Assembly (NCBI RefSeq): GCF_026571515.1 | Contig: NW_026865571.1 | Coordinates: 1 to 64,000, forward strand | Reading direction: 5' to 3' | DNA length: 64,000 bases | DNA from: Ruditapes philippinarum | Taxonomy: Eukaryota | In this document: in pieces, positions 1 through 12,958 of the stretch | How positions within the stretch are numbered: position 1 is the first letter of the stretch | How the letters are laid out: every line of letters starts with the position of its first letter | Made by a program: the position numbers and the translations under genes | The notes under the pieces: generated by a model | Database searches by the model: none | Seen by the model: the letters and a program-made list of their open reading frames with translations, nothing else | What the model was told of the DNA's origin: nothing

Positions 1-3000
1 TTTCTTTAACCAATGGTCTCTGAAGTCATCAGAAAAATCTGTATCTACTGTAAGGGATTCTAAAGGTTGGTCCAAATTTGCATGTAAATATCGTGCATAT
101 TCTGAAATAACAAATGTATCACAAATTACAATATATTCTTAACAAGAGCTGTCAATGGGACAGCATGCTTGACTATTTTTAGTGCTTGACAGTAAAACAA
201 GTGTCTGGATAATGTAAAATTTTCTATTCTCAAAAAGGGACATAATTCTGTCAAAATTCATGTTTGAGTTATGGGCCTTGGGTAGTGACCTCCTAATATG
301 CTCTCGAAAAAAGTGTGTGAAGTTTCAACCATTCCCTTAAGTACTTCTATATATACCAACTTGCATGCAAAAACTTAACAGAAGTGTGACGTCTGGGTGA
401 GTACTACAGTTCTTCATATTTTTCAATAAGTCTAAAAATAAATTAATTATACATGTGATAAATACACATAACCAGGCTTTACAAGGAACAAAACAAAGAA
501 AGTAACAAACTTGCATAACTTACCTCTGAGATAATGAGCTTTTAAAAAATCTGGACTAGCTTTTAACACTGGTCTATTCTGTACCATAACCTGTAACAAG
601 AGTGCATGATATTGATAATATATAAACTTAGTACACAGTGTTGTATTTACCTAAAATTGATGTTATGTTTTTATTACATATGAACCATCTGAATTTGCTA
701 ATGGGCCTGACCTTTGGTGATAAAAAGAAGTAAGGCCTAAAAAAAAGAAATGTTGTGTTTCCGGTGGCCCGACCGACCCTATTTTTTAGCGCCGACCCAA
801 AGTTTTTTATCGATGTACAAAAAAAAAAAAAAAATGGCGCCCGTACCGACCGTACCGAAGACGGGTTTTAGTATTGAGAGTCGACAACGATGTGAGGCAC
901 AGACGATTCGGGTTCCAATTACGTATTAACGCGCACCGGCTAATATGGCGGCACAACAAGCAGCCGAAGTGTCACTGCTGGCGATTTTCTTTAAAAATAC
1001 GATCATAGTTTGGCAAAACAGGAAATCAAATTAATAGACCACAGCAAAACAGCTCCGACCTACCGACCCTACTTTTTTTCGCCTCGCCACCAGAAACACA
1101 TCAATTTTTTTTTTAGGCCTAACCCTCTACAGGTTCCAAAGTTTTTAAATGAGGTGTGTCACAGGAGTCTTAACTGCCCATTGTTGATTAGAATATCAAA
1201 ATGCTGGCACACAGATAACTGAGATTGTATTTATTAAGCAGCCATCTGTATAAAGTCTGGTCAGAATGCACCAATGCTATCTCTGACCTGGCATTGGCAA
1301 GCCTACTAATGCCATTAATATTCAAATTTTATATGGCCGACATTATATCCAGTTTATACAAGAATGACGAAAACAGTAACAATTCCTTTTAAATTTGTTT
1401 ATCATGATTTATTTATGATATGAATCCTGCGTCACATGTTGCAAACATACATTTCAAACTGAAACTGTTTCATGTAAATTTTTCTAGCTATGATAGCTTG
1501 TATATGATTCTGTATAAGGATAAGTGACGCAGAAATATCAGCAAATTTTGCAAATTGACCAAAATCGCTAAAATTTCCTTTAACGTAAATATCACAAAAC
1601 CCGTTTTCAGTTTTCAAACTACACAGAGATTGGTGATTTGCAAATATTTCCACACAAGGAATGTCTCTAGTTTTAAATTTGCTAGCTTTTCGACATGCTG
1701 AAATATCCACCACAGTACTAAATGAAAGTGTAAAGTTAACAAATTGTTTCTTACTTTGGTTGCTGATTTAACACCATCATAAAATCTTCCTACTGCAGTA
1801 GCTGATAAGGCTTTCATGTAGGCACAATTAACATTATCTTTCTCCTCCTCTATACATTTCTAAAACATCAACAAAACAGTTTTAGTTATATTTCTTACTA
1901 CTTTTCTGCCCTCTCTTATTAACAAATTGGTTATTTTAATTTGAATATGTTTGTTACAAGAAATATTATCGGTTGATTTACCTGTTAGAAGCCCCTTCCT
2001 TTGCTGAAAAAGGCTTAAAATGTCAAATATACAACATTAAAACTGGCTCTTTATTTGTTTGTTTGTCTTAAATCCACTACAAAGAAAATTTCAGTCCTAA
2101 TAATCCCATAGAATGTTATAAGGACATTCAGTCAACATGTATATTTATGAATCATTTCAGACAACAGGCTTTGTCTTAGAAGAACAATAAACATTAAAGG
2201 CTCCATAACATTAAAGCAAAAATAACTTTCTCCTGCATCAATGTGTAGGATCAGCTTTTTTATGTCGCACCAATACAGTATAGGTCAATTGGCAACTTCA
2301 TAGCTTTACTGGTGAAAGAAAAAGACATCAAGTGCTCCTCTCCTCTTTACATTACTATTTCTGGCATTAATGGGCACCCGAGTAGAACCACTGATGTTAC
2401 ATAAGCTATTAGAATCAGCTAATTTAACTGTTATGTAATCTAAAACTGTATCACACTAGAACTAATTTATTCCTCAAAATTTCATACTTATATACACTCA
2501 TACCATACCTTGAAATCTTGGATAGATGTTTGTGGTTCCCCACTATGATATAAAAGATTTCCTCGTAACTGTAAACTCATCACATGATCTTTGTTAATAC
2601 CTAGTGACTGGTTAAATTTACTTCTAGACATTCTTAAATTTCCAATTTCTCTGAAAAGTGAAATAAAGAGGAAACAAATAATACAATATGTTAACAAGCA
2701 AGGTTTAATGCAAGTGTAAAATGACTGTGAAGAAATAGTGTAACACCACAGCTGTGCACTGTGTACCTTAAGAAGAGCAAAATAAAATGATACCTTTACA
2801 TCTGCACAAAGCCCTTCTGCATTTTATTTTTTCACTTATAATAATAGTCTATAATCAAATCATTCTTATTTGGGCAATATTTCGATCTTAGTTAACAAGG
2901 CAGAACCAACTGTATATATAATAGAATGATGCTTCTTTCCTCAACATAACAGCTATTTTGGACCACTAATTGGACTACTACACTGCATGATGTTAAATTT

Positions 3001-3773
3001 TTATTTTACCTAAAAGCTTGAGCAAGACTTGTGCAGGCATCAAGATGATCTGGATCTTTACTCAAAACTTCTTTAAACACTTCAATTGCATTCTGCAAAC
3101 AAACAATTTTTTGGTATTTAACTCCATTCAAATTTTAAAGGATTTCAATAACATTTTAAGTTCCCAACAGTATCCAAACAGTTGACTGGTCAGACAGCAT
3201 GGATGTTAAGGCTGGGTTAGTGTTATACTGGTGGCAAAAAAAAGCTTACTACTTTTGGTTCCAGCAGACTAGGGGTTAATTGCTATGTCAAGTGTGCCGA
3301 GAATTTTTTATGGCATACTTATAATGACTGAAAGTGAAGACAGAAAATAAAATATTTCACATTTCCATGGATTTTTCCTTTCCTTACTCAACATTTAAGA
3401 GAAATAGCAAGGGCAAACTCTTACATTAACAATATCAAATCATAAAAGTTTAGTTATAAGACTTATAGAGAAACTTACCCTAACTTTTCCGCGATAGTAT
3501 TGAGAAAGTCCTAAATAAAACAAACTCTGTAAATCATTGCCATCACTATCAATATTCTTCTTAAAATCTTCCTCTGCAGCAAAATAATCCTGTAAAACAA
3601 AATTATATCATCAGTTAATCACATATGAACACTGTACAGGCAGAGATCTGTGACCTAAAATCAACCACTTTTGTAATTTTCATCTCAGCATACCTTTTAC
3701 AATCATGTCAACCACTGGAATTCTAGCAGCAATGATGACTTGCTGTTGGCACCTGTGAATACCTAGGCCAGTC

Positions 3774-3819
<46 letters not shown>

Positions 3820-6800
3820 ATATGACCTAGCTGCTGTTTTCTGGCAGCAGTATGGGATCAAATTTACCATAGACATTACCAAATTTGAACCAGAACAAGT
3901 CAGGTGAAGGTTAAAAGATTTTTATCACATGCTTTTCGGTGGTTTATAGAAATATATCAGTGTTATAAAACTGGTAATTTCACTGTTTGAAACAGTGAAA
4001 TTACCACTTTGATAATTTCACTGTTTTGAATTTAAGGTAGTACACCCCTAATGGGCACTATAAGGAATTGTAAATTTGACAACATAGGACAGTTATATGC
4101 CTTAAATGCCACCTGTATGCAAAATTTAAACAAAATTTACCGTGTGGTTTATGAGTTATAGACATTTTTATGAACTAAAACTTTGCCATTAGAAGGGACT
4201 TTTTCAGAAATGAGGAAACTCTAAATAATCTATAATATCATCATTATGAAAAATGTTTTCCTTTTGCTCATTGTTAAGAAATAAATAATGACATTTAGGT
4301 AACAAATTAAACAAGCAAAATGATTGTTTTTAAACGAAATGTTTTTAATATGTATAAAAATGTAACCCTACCCCACCCACTTTTAACACTAATTTGACCA
4401 TTTCCCTATGTAAAAAGCCTTATTTAAAATATCTCTAAAATTTTCCAAAATGAGGGGCTATTTTCAAAGTTTGCCTAAATTTTCTTTAATGTATATTGGT
4501 TGGTCTTGCAAAATATAAAATACTTTTACCGTTTAGTTTTTATTTTATTAAACTTTGAAAATATCTGGTATCATATTTGCTATTAAATTTGGCATTATTT
4601 AGTAAATAAATACCTACAATAATTATATAATTAAAATAAAACACTTTTTTCTTCCATAGGGGGTCTGAGAGATTAATAAAAAATGTTAAAAAGAAAAAAA
4701 AGAAAGAAAAAAAATTGCCCCTTCTGGGGTTTGAACCCACGCCCCCTCAGTTTCAATACACTTTACAGTGATTTTAGCCTATTTGAAATACTCTTCAAAG
4801 TGGAGACAGTGATTAGGGGTGTACTACCTTAAGCCCCTTACGTTGTTTTCAGTGAAATACCAGCGTGCACAATACTGGGTACCAACTTAATACGTGACGT
4901 CGTAAAATGACGTCACGTTGTATTATTATTTGGCGCGCTTTTCATTCCGTAATGTCTTTTTTAAAACGTTTCTTTGCATGTAATAAAAAGAAAATTTGTT
5001 TAGTTTAGTGTAAGATTGAAATATATTTCACCTTGTGAACACCAAAAGTTCATATTTCACTCGTGGCTGCGCCACTCGTGAAATATTCCTTTTGTTGCTC
5101 ACTCGGTGAAATATATTCCGATCTTACACTGAACTAAACAAATATCCTCTATGACTTCATATGAGCTGGCGCACTTATATCATTTCTGCCTTTTATGCCA
5201 TTATATTTACAAACAACATCTTCTAAAAAAATCTGCTCATTTCTTCAATGTAGAATTTAAATATGTGATCAAGTAAAAATGGCCTTATACCTATGGTTTC
5301 AATAAATGATTAAAGGTGAATATACACCAAATGTTCAAATTTAATAACCAATAGTGAGTACAATATTGACTTCATTAAAATAAGTGAGCTTTTGTAAGCT
5401 GTTACAAGAAATATATGACTTCAAACAAACAAAAATTATCAATACAAACTTGTAAAAGAAGGTAGACAACTCCTCTGGCAAACAATATTTTACTGCTGGA
5501 CTTCAGCTCAATAACTTTAGTTAGATCATCTATTGCTTTGGTATAGTGCTGTAATGCTATGTATGCCTGAAATATATTGTATCATTTAATCATCTAGACG
5601 TAGAAGAATGGGTGTGACTGCATTTCTCTGTGACAATTATTCTACATTATTATACATTGAATCTTATGGTCATTTGTCTCTTACTGCTGATTCAGAAATC
5701 ATTTGTGATAAGTAGTCTGCCACTTGACAGAGATGCTTTTTTCTGTATTTTACAACTGAATAAAGGCTGTTTCCCCTAGCCCAAAACAGGTATATTTTCC
5801 CATAAAAATGCTTATATTTTCCACTGAAATGCCCTGTGCACTTCTTCACCAGAACCATGACTTAACAGCAGCTGACTTATATCAGGTTATTGATAAATTT
5901 AATTGACTGAAAGACAGAAAGCTGTCCCTACAGATACATGTAGCCTCTATTATATAGCATGCATGTTAAATTGAATTAAAACTGAAAATTTTAAAAAAAA
6001 ATGTGGGTAAATTCCATTCTCAGTTATTGAAATGTATTTTGATTCCAGATTTTCCCACTTTTCTGATATATTGTGCTATATTTTTTCCCTATTAGAAAGC
6101 CACAGGTTGTTTTGAAAATTAAAACAAGAGGGCCATGATGGCCCTGAGGTCGCTCACCTGTATATAGGCCCCCCAACCCCCACCCCCCCCAACGTTGCAG
6201 AGCCAATTTAACCCAAGGGCTTTTATTTGCACAAACTTGGTAGACACCCATAAGAAGACGTTTCATGCTAAACATTTAAGCTCTAGCTCATTGGGCTTTT
6301 TAAAAGAAGATTTTTTTAAAGTTTTTACTATACACATATAGTTAAAAACAATGACACCCCTTGGGCCGGGCCAGTTTTGACCCCAGGGCTTTTATTTGAA
6401 CAAACTTTGTAGACACTTACTAGAAGATGTTTCATGCTTAATATCTAAACTCTAGCTATTTGGGTTTTTTCAAAGAAGATTTAAAGTTTTTGCTAAACAC
6501 ATATAAAGAAAATCAATGACCCCCGGGGCGGGGCCAATTTTGACCCCTGGGCTTGTATTTGAACAAACTTGGTAGACACCTATTAGAACATGTTTGATGC
6601 TCAATATCTTGGCCATAGCTCTTTGAGTTCTTTAAAAGAAGATATTTTAAGTTTTTACTATATGCATATAGGGAAAATCAATGACCCCCGGGGCGGGGCC
6701 AATTTTCACCCCAGGGCTTTTATTTGAACAAACTTGGTAGACACCCATTAGAACATGTTTCATGCTAAATATCTTAGCTCTAGCTCTTTGGGTTCTTTAA

Positions 6801-9800
6801 AAGAAGATTTTTTAAGTTTTTACTATATGCATATAGGGAAAATCAATGACCCCCCAGGGCGGGGCCAATTTTGACCCCAGGGCTTTTATTTGAACAAACT
6901 TGGTAGACACACACTAGAAGATGTTTCATGCCAAATATCTAAGCTCTAGCTCTTTGAGTTCTTTAAAAGAAGATTTTTAAGTTTTTACTATATGCATATA
7001 GGGAAAATCAATGACCCCCGGGGCGGGGCCAATTTTCACCCTAGGGCTTTTATTTGAACAAACTTAGTAGACACCCATTAGAAGATGTTTCATGCCAAAT
7101 ATCTAAGCTCTAGCTCTTTGAGTTCTTTAAAAGAAGATTTTTTAAGTTTTTACTATATGCATATAGGGAAAATCAATGACCCCCCGGGGCGGGGCCAATT
7201 TTCACCCCAGGGCTTTTATTTGAACAAACTTGGTAGACACCCATTAGAACATGTTTCATGCTAAATATCTTAGCTCTAGCTCTTTGGGTTCTTTAAAAGA
7301 AGATTTTTTAAGTTTTTACTATATGCATATAGGGAAAATCAATGACCCCCCGGGGCGGGGCCAATTTTGACCCCAGGGCTTTTATTTGAACAAACTTGAT
7401 AGACACTCACTAGAAGATGTTTCATGCCAAATATCTAAGCTCTAGCTCTTATGGTTTTTTAAAAGAAGATATTTAAAGTTTTTTCTTTCGGTTGCCATGG
7501 CAACCAGAGTTTTGCATGGAATTAAATTCTTTGAACAATTTTTAAAGGTGACCACCAAAGGAACATTCCTGTGAAGTTTGGATGAAATTGGCTTAGTGGT
7601 TTATGAGGAGATGTCATTTAAAGTAAAAGTTTACGGACGGACGGCCGGACGACGGACGGACGGACGCCGGGCGAAAAGCGATCACAAAAGCTCACCCTGT
7701 CACTTTGTGACAGGTGAGCAAAAAAAATCACTGCTTGAGGAGAACTTGGTAATCACTTTGGTTATCCAGGAAAGCCGGTCAGGTGGATCAACCACCGAGA
7801 TATTACCAGAAAAGAGTTAAAATCATCACATAAAAACACAGAAAGAAAAACAAGCAAACACAGAAAATAGTGATGCACTACATTGCATATGTCTGCACAT
7901 AAAAACCATTTTTACCAAACAATAAAATCTTTAAAAAAAAACCTTCATTATTAATATATAAATATTGACACTGTTAGCAGACGAAGGATGGCTTACCTCT
8001 GCTCTTCTTTCATAGGCTTGTATAAATTTGTTATCTCTTTCTATTGTTTCTGTAAAGTCATCTATTGCTTTGTCAGCATTATTCTGGTCCTGTGTTAAAA
8101 TGGAAATGAAATTTACATTATCAAAACAACAACAACAACAAAACCTAAAATACTAGCATACACACAAAAAAAAAAATGTACAATACAATAGCTATCATGT
8201 TACTTAGTGTCATCAATGGACCATGGTCCCATTCTAACACTGTTTGTTAATAACATTGCTTATTCCATTTTGACTGCTTTTGCTGAAGTTTATGTTACTC
8301 CAAAACTAATAGTAGTACTCGTATAATTGCTTTCTGGCTAAAGAAGACCTCGCAGAATTATTCTATGCATTATTTAAGGCACAAATGGACACCAGATTAA
8401 AACAGGAGACTGTCAGACTAGCTGGACAGCTTTCTGACATGAAAGAAGTTAAAATTCCCGTGCATGATTCCAACCCAAAACTATATAATGAAACATTGCA
8501 GTACTTTTTTTGGTTTATATAGAATTTATTTTAGTTTGATTGTGTAGGAAGTTATAAGCTTATTGACACTCCTTCGAATTTGGAACCAACCAGCACTGAG
8601 CAATGAGTGAAGTTTCTTGCTCAAGAAAACAACAACTTGCCCTTGCTAACATATTGACTTAAATATCTCATTTTAAAAGAAAATATCATAATAAAGTTAT
8701 ACTGTAAGATTACCTTTAAACCTTTTCGTGAATAAGCCACACCTCTCATGAAATAAGCAGCAAGTGTATTTGGTCTGTTACCTATTAGGCCATCATAGGT
8801 ATCAATTGCTGCATCAATATTACCAGAGTTCAGTAACACAAGACCTAACCCTGAAATAAGAAACATATTTTATTAAAAATCATTTAAACAAAACATCTGT
8901 AAGTTTTAAATTAAGATTTCATTCCAAGATAAATCACAACAAAAGTGTAATCTATAGGGGACTGGAGGTCTTGGGTTTAGAAATTTTGTGTTTAGAATAA
9001 ATCAAAAGGGGAATTTAGCCTGTCACCAATGATACTAATAATTCTATGTAGTATATATTTCATTTTGCAAAACACAGATTAAATTAGCATTTAAAGGGTT
9101 TCATGCTAAAATTAAACAAGAGCTGTCGGTAGGACAGCAACGCTCGACTATTCTTAGTGCTTGATAGTAAAAGAGCCTTGATAATGTAAAATTTTCTATG
9201 TTAACAAAAGGGCCAAATTTTCCTTTAAATCAATGTTACTGTTATAGGCTTTGAAGAGAGTCCTATTATGCTCTAAAATAAGAGTATAAAATTTCAACTT
9301 GTTTCAAAGCCAGATGTCAATAGTATATGAAAAAATCTGAGGTGGTATGCAAACTTTAACGTAAATTGTAAGTCAGAAAAGGGGTACAATTCTGTCAAAA
9401 TACTTGATACAGTTATCTCCTCCTGTCTACAGGATAGGGTCATGATTGTGAACAAGTGTGCAAAGTTTCAAAGCCATATGTCAATTGACTTTGAAAATAT
9501 TTGAGGTATTACAAAAACTTTAACATAAGTGGTTACGCCGACGCTCAGGTGACTACAATAGCTCTACTTATTCTTATCGAATAGTCGGGCTAAAAAATAT
9601 AGTGAGGGGAACTTTTTCAAAAAATAGGAGAAAAACATATATTCAATGGTAAGAGGTATGGACACAAATTACAGGCTCATAAACATGAAATGAGGGCCCA
9701 GTATCTTTTGTATAAAATCCTACAAATCTCATACTTTTCTTTTTCATAATATTCAACATGGCACTAAAATAATCATATCATCTAATATAGACATAAATGA

Positions 9801-12508
9801 ATTCTTAAAATAGTACAATTCAACTTTACCTAATGTTTTGTCAATGTCATCATCTCCAGTTGCAAAAGGGAGCACTTTTCTTTGAACCAAATCTTCTCCA
9901 AAATTCTAATGAAAACAAAGAAATAAATATATTCATATTAGTTACAAATGACATCTAAAATCTATGCCTTTTTCTTTCATCAAGTTATTCATAGGTTTCT
10001 AATCGAAGATTAAAAAATAATCATTTAATTATTTGGTAAATACAGTAGAACTTCTGTAAGTCGAAGTTGAACGGACTTGCGTAAAAACTTCGACACATCG
10101 GGACTTCGACTCATGAATCGCTGTCAATTCCATGACACAATTTTGACCCGCGACTAGTCCTAATTATAAGATCTATAACGAAACCTATTTCATGTTTTTC
10201 CATCATTAATCTGATATTTTCATTTTACAATGATAAATATAGCATGTTAAATAACGTTTTTCACGGCTAATTATTTGGATTACCCCTAGACGTATACAAT
10301 AGAGTTACAAAAGGCGTAACAATACGAAAGGGCGATAACTAAACCAGGTTATAGTAAAAATTTTGTGTGTTATTCTCACGCGACACCGGGTCAAGGATGT
10401 TTTCAAATGAAAGTAGTTCCAAATACCACTACAGCAATTAAAATTGTAACGATTAAAGCATTTTATCACACATTTTATCGCAAACAAAGGCTGTTTGAAC
10501 ACACAGCTGTGTCACAATAGTTGAATGGAAATCGTCTTCACAACAAGATAAGGTGTGAAAAATGTCTCGACGGATCGAAGGTGTCAAATAATCGAACGAC
10601 TTCGATTTACTTGTGGTAAATTGCACTAGATTTACTTGATACGGACAACGGAAAAACTTCGACACATCGAAAAATTTGACACATAAATTCTCGTCTCATA
10701 AATAGGTTTTTATAAGGAATATATAGGGAGAAAAGTTGGGACTTTCATTTTTTTTCAACACATCGAGGAAATCGACTAATCGAGGTTCGACTCAAAGAAG
10801 TTCTACTGTAAATTAACAAATTTTAGTTTCATATGATTAGTAGCTCAAAATGACATTAAATGAAACATTTTTATTTGTTATCACAAACTTGATTTCATAG
10901 AAGCCAAAGCTTGTTGCTGTCTCTTTTATATGGTCATGACTCATCAAGCACAACCATTACATATCCCTTACTTCTGCAATGTCATTTGCTTCAAATTCAT
11001 ATTTTGTATTCTTTTAGGTTATCTTGTAATATGATGTCCAATACCTCTGATATTTGGTAACAATGATCCAGTTCATGTTTCTGACATGTACTCAAATCTG
11101 AATGGAATGTACAGAGACCCAATGGCAAGTCATCTCTCACAGGATCTGAAAGATAATAATAATTAAAGTGCCTATCAAAATATGTCACAGAAATACGAAG
11201 ACCTATGGATAATTTACTGAACAAACTTACATGAAGAAAGAAGGGCTGATCAGAACCAAGTGCCACACTGAGCAATTTATCAAGACCTTAAAAAGCCATT
11301 CCGAAGTTGTATGTTTATACGGGGAAGTCAAAGACCGGGCCCGCTAAGCGGGTCCGGGCTTTGGCTTGCCCGGCTATAGACTACACGTGTATATTTAAAA
11401 GAAAATCAAATAAAAAAACAATAAAAAAATATGTAAAATTATATACCTGTCAATGAAATTTTCAGTGTCAGTTCAAGTCGGGTGCCGCCATTTACAATGT
11501 AACTCAATGATAATAGGCGGGGTATTCCGATAACGGAACAAATCTCAACTTTTCGGATTAATAATAATCGCCGAGTGTTCCGAGTGTAAACGGAAGCGAT
11601 CCATTAAATACCGAATGATACCTTTAAAACGGAAAGAATGAAAATATTTTTTTAACGGCTTCCCCGTTCACAGGCTTTGCCTAATTTCATATTAGCTTAG
11701 GTAATTTTCAACCATCTACTTTCTCTGCAAAACTTTCTCTTCAGAATAGTGTGACACATGGAGGTATCATCATTTTGAGCATGCAACCTATGCCGGTAGT
11801 GAAATGCTACAATAGTGAATCACTAAATGAAATTCTATTGCTAATTTACTTAAACATGTGGCCGCAAGTGGATAACGACTCGGACTAGTGATTGCTAGCT
11901 GCATTGGTTCAAACCCTGTCAGGGGCAAGTTGTTGTTTCCTTAAGCAAGAAACTTTACACTCATATCTCAGTACTGGTTGGTTCCAGGAATGGATTCAAG
12001 TGTGCCTATAAGCTTAAAGCTTCCTACACAATCGAACTAAAATAAATTTTGTATAAATCAATAAATCAAACTATGAGCATTTTCAATATAAAGTTGCTTT
12101 GCCAAGAAGTAAAAATATTTTAAAGCAACCTCATAAATTTTATAGGAATAGGCCCTTGCCTGATAAGAACAGATTAATTCTAAAAATTAATGAACGAGTT
12201 TATACATTCTCAAAATCAAAATTTTGTTCACCACAATCAGGAGAAAGTTCTTTCTCAGATATATAGAGGGTCAACTGTGACTTTAAAGCTGACAGTTCAG
12301 GTGCATTGTTGACAGCGGGGAATGCGCATAGAGAGCAAGCCTCCCCCTTTACTGATTCAAGTCTCTTCATCTCAAACGTCTGCGTCCTGCCATCTTCACT
12401 TTCCACTTTAACATTTGCAACTTCGCACATTAGTTCCACCTGTGATGTTAAAGCGAATGCATAGTTTAAAAGTATAAAAAGAGTTGTTAAGCGTTTGACC
12501 CGCGCCAT
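1..12508 (-). CDS. TTC13: Tetratricopeptide repeat protein 13 ortholog, 5' part (continues beyond window start)
   Basis: GT-AG exons on minus strand: 12508-~12206 (signal peptide; donor uncertain), 11145-11045, 9905-9830, 8850-8714, 8089-7997, 5566-5450, 3589-3479, 3092-3010, 2650-2509, 1859-1755, 590-524, 101-<1. Phases are consistent from 11145 onward. Peptides LPFATGDDDIDKTL, SLQLRGNLLYHSG, YMKALSATAVGRFYDGVKSATK, KASPDFLKAHYLREYARYLHANLDQPL and FRDHW are colinear with vertebrate TTC13 as I recall it (FPFATDND, TLQLRGMMLYHHG, KASPEYLKVKYLREYSRYLHAHLDTPL). Confidence 0.92.
141..436 (-). mobile_element. Short non-autonomous Helentron-type (HINE-like) element, degraded
   Basis: Begins AACAAGAGCTGTC-n5-GACAGC (hairpin) followed by GACTAT; homologous to the element at 9114-9595. 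Confidence 0.6.
734..1119. mobile_element. PIF/Harbinger-type MITE (386 bp)
   Basis: TIRs GGCCTAAAAAAAA..TGTGTTTC(C/T)GGTGGC at both ends; TAA at 731-733 and 1120-1122 (3-bp TWA TSD); internal CCGACC repeats. Confidence 0.75.
2258..2408 (-). mobile_element. Degraded SINE fragment
   Basis: Motifs TGTCGCACC..TATAGGTCA..GCTTT..GGTG..GGGCACCCGAGTAGAACCAC resemble the antisense body of an abundant clam tRNA-SINE; recognition only. Confidence 0.4.
3777..3817. repeat. (TA)n microsatellite
   Basis: About 20 perfect AT units. Confidence 0.95.
3925..5151 (-). mobile_element. Hairpin-terminated non-autonomous element (Crypton-like), interrupted by a TTAA MITE
   Basis: ~160-bp imperfect palindrome at 4990-5145 ending ATATCCTCTAT; the whole body has an inverted homolog at 49841-51490; no TIR pair or TSD seen. 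Confidence 0.6.
4036..4828. mobile_element. TTAA-target MITE (Kolobok-type), 793 bp
   Basis: Perfect 17-bp TIR GGTAGTACACCCCTAAT; TTAA at 4032-4035 and 4829-4832; the paralogous host copy has a single TTAA (GGGGCTTAAATTC, ~51382-51394), i.e. the empty site. Confidence 0.85.
6124..7722 (-). mobile_element. Non-autonomous Helentron (HINE/pearl-like) carrying a ~165-bp tandem array
   Basis: Terminal hairpin AGGGCCATGATGGCCCT; subterminal inverted repeat GCTCACCTG (6152) / CAGGTGAGC (7711); (GGAC)n microsatellite ~7633-7665; A/T-run insertion site. Confidence 0.85.
6200..7485. repeat. Tandem repeat, ~8 units of ~165 bp
   Basis: AATCAATGACCCCC(C)GGGGCGGGGCCAATTTT recurs at ~6511, 6676, 6841, 7006, 7171 and 7337, with diverged edge units. 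Confidence 0.95.
8513..8644 (-). mobile_element. 5'-truncated CORE-type SINE copy
   Basis: Reverse complement of the 3' two-thirds of the SINE at 11858-12071. Confidence 0.7.
9114..9595 (-). mobile_element. Non-autonomous Helentron-type (HINE-like) element
   Basis: Hairpin GCTGTC-GGTAG-GACAGC; subterminal IR CTCGACTATTC / GAATAGTCGGG; two internal ~150-bp repeat units. Confidence 0.75.
10043..10808. mobile_element. Tc1/mariner (pogo/Tigger-type) MITE, 766 bp
   Basis: TA|CAGTAGAACTTCT..AGTCGAA at the left and TTCGACT..AGAAGTTCTACTG|TA at the right; multiple subterminal TTCGAC repeats. Confidence 0.9.
11316..11680. mobile_element. GC-richer repeat-like segment with terminal palindrome (possible Crypton-like element)
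   Basis: Imperfect palindrome TATACGGGGAAGTCAAAGACCGGGCCCGC-TAA-GCGGGTCCGGGCTTTGGCTTGCCCGGCTATA at 11316-11379; right boundary uncertain. Confidence 0.4.
11858..12071 (+). mobile_element. tRNA-derived CORE-type SINE
   Basis: A-box-like TGGCCGCAAGTGG, B-box GGTTCAAACCC, CORE-like CCTTAAGCAAGAAACTTTAC..CTCAGTAC, A-rich tail; second copy at 8513-8644. Confidence 0.75.
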
Positions 12509-12958
12509 GTCATCGTCTGTAACCGTTTTCTACCTCCGAGATAGAAGAGTATTCCCAGATAACCTCCCTTAGTAAAGGGAAATAATCAAGAGGCCCGTCC
12601 GCAAACGACTAAACTGCTCTGGGGTAGGGAGTATGGCTACTGGTTCCAGTGGTATACCGTCCTAGGAAAGAATGAGTATTTATAATAGTCTGAGGTTGCT
12701 GTGAATAACCTATAACATAAGGGATGGCCATGGCGTGATGTTCGGGAGAGGGGTGTCAAATATTCTTCTATGGGGACCCAGCAGTGTTGGGATAGTGTAA
12801 AAAAGTAGAAAAAAATATATACTGTATATATAATATATAGAAAGTAATTCTAGAAAAATATATACTGTATATATAATATATAGACTATATATTATGTATA
12901 CAGTATATATATATTTTTTTCTAGAATTACTTTTCTAATGAAGCTAAATTTGTTTATA

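Noticed and set aside
6200-7485. CRISPR-like or coding repeat array
   Set aside because: Contiguous ~165-bp monomers with no unique spacers, inside a Helentron-type element in a eukaryotic intron.
11858-11930. tRNA gene
   Set aside because: Degenerate A/B boxes continue into a CORE-like body and tail, so this is a SINE head.
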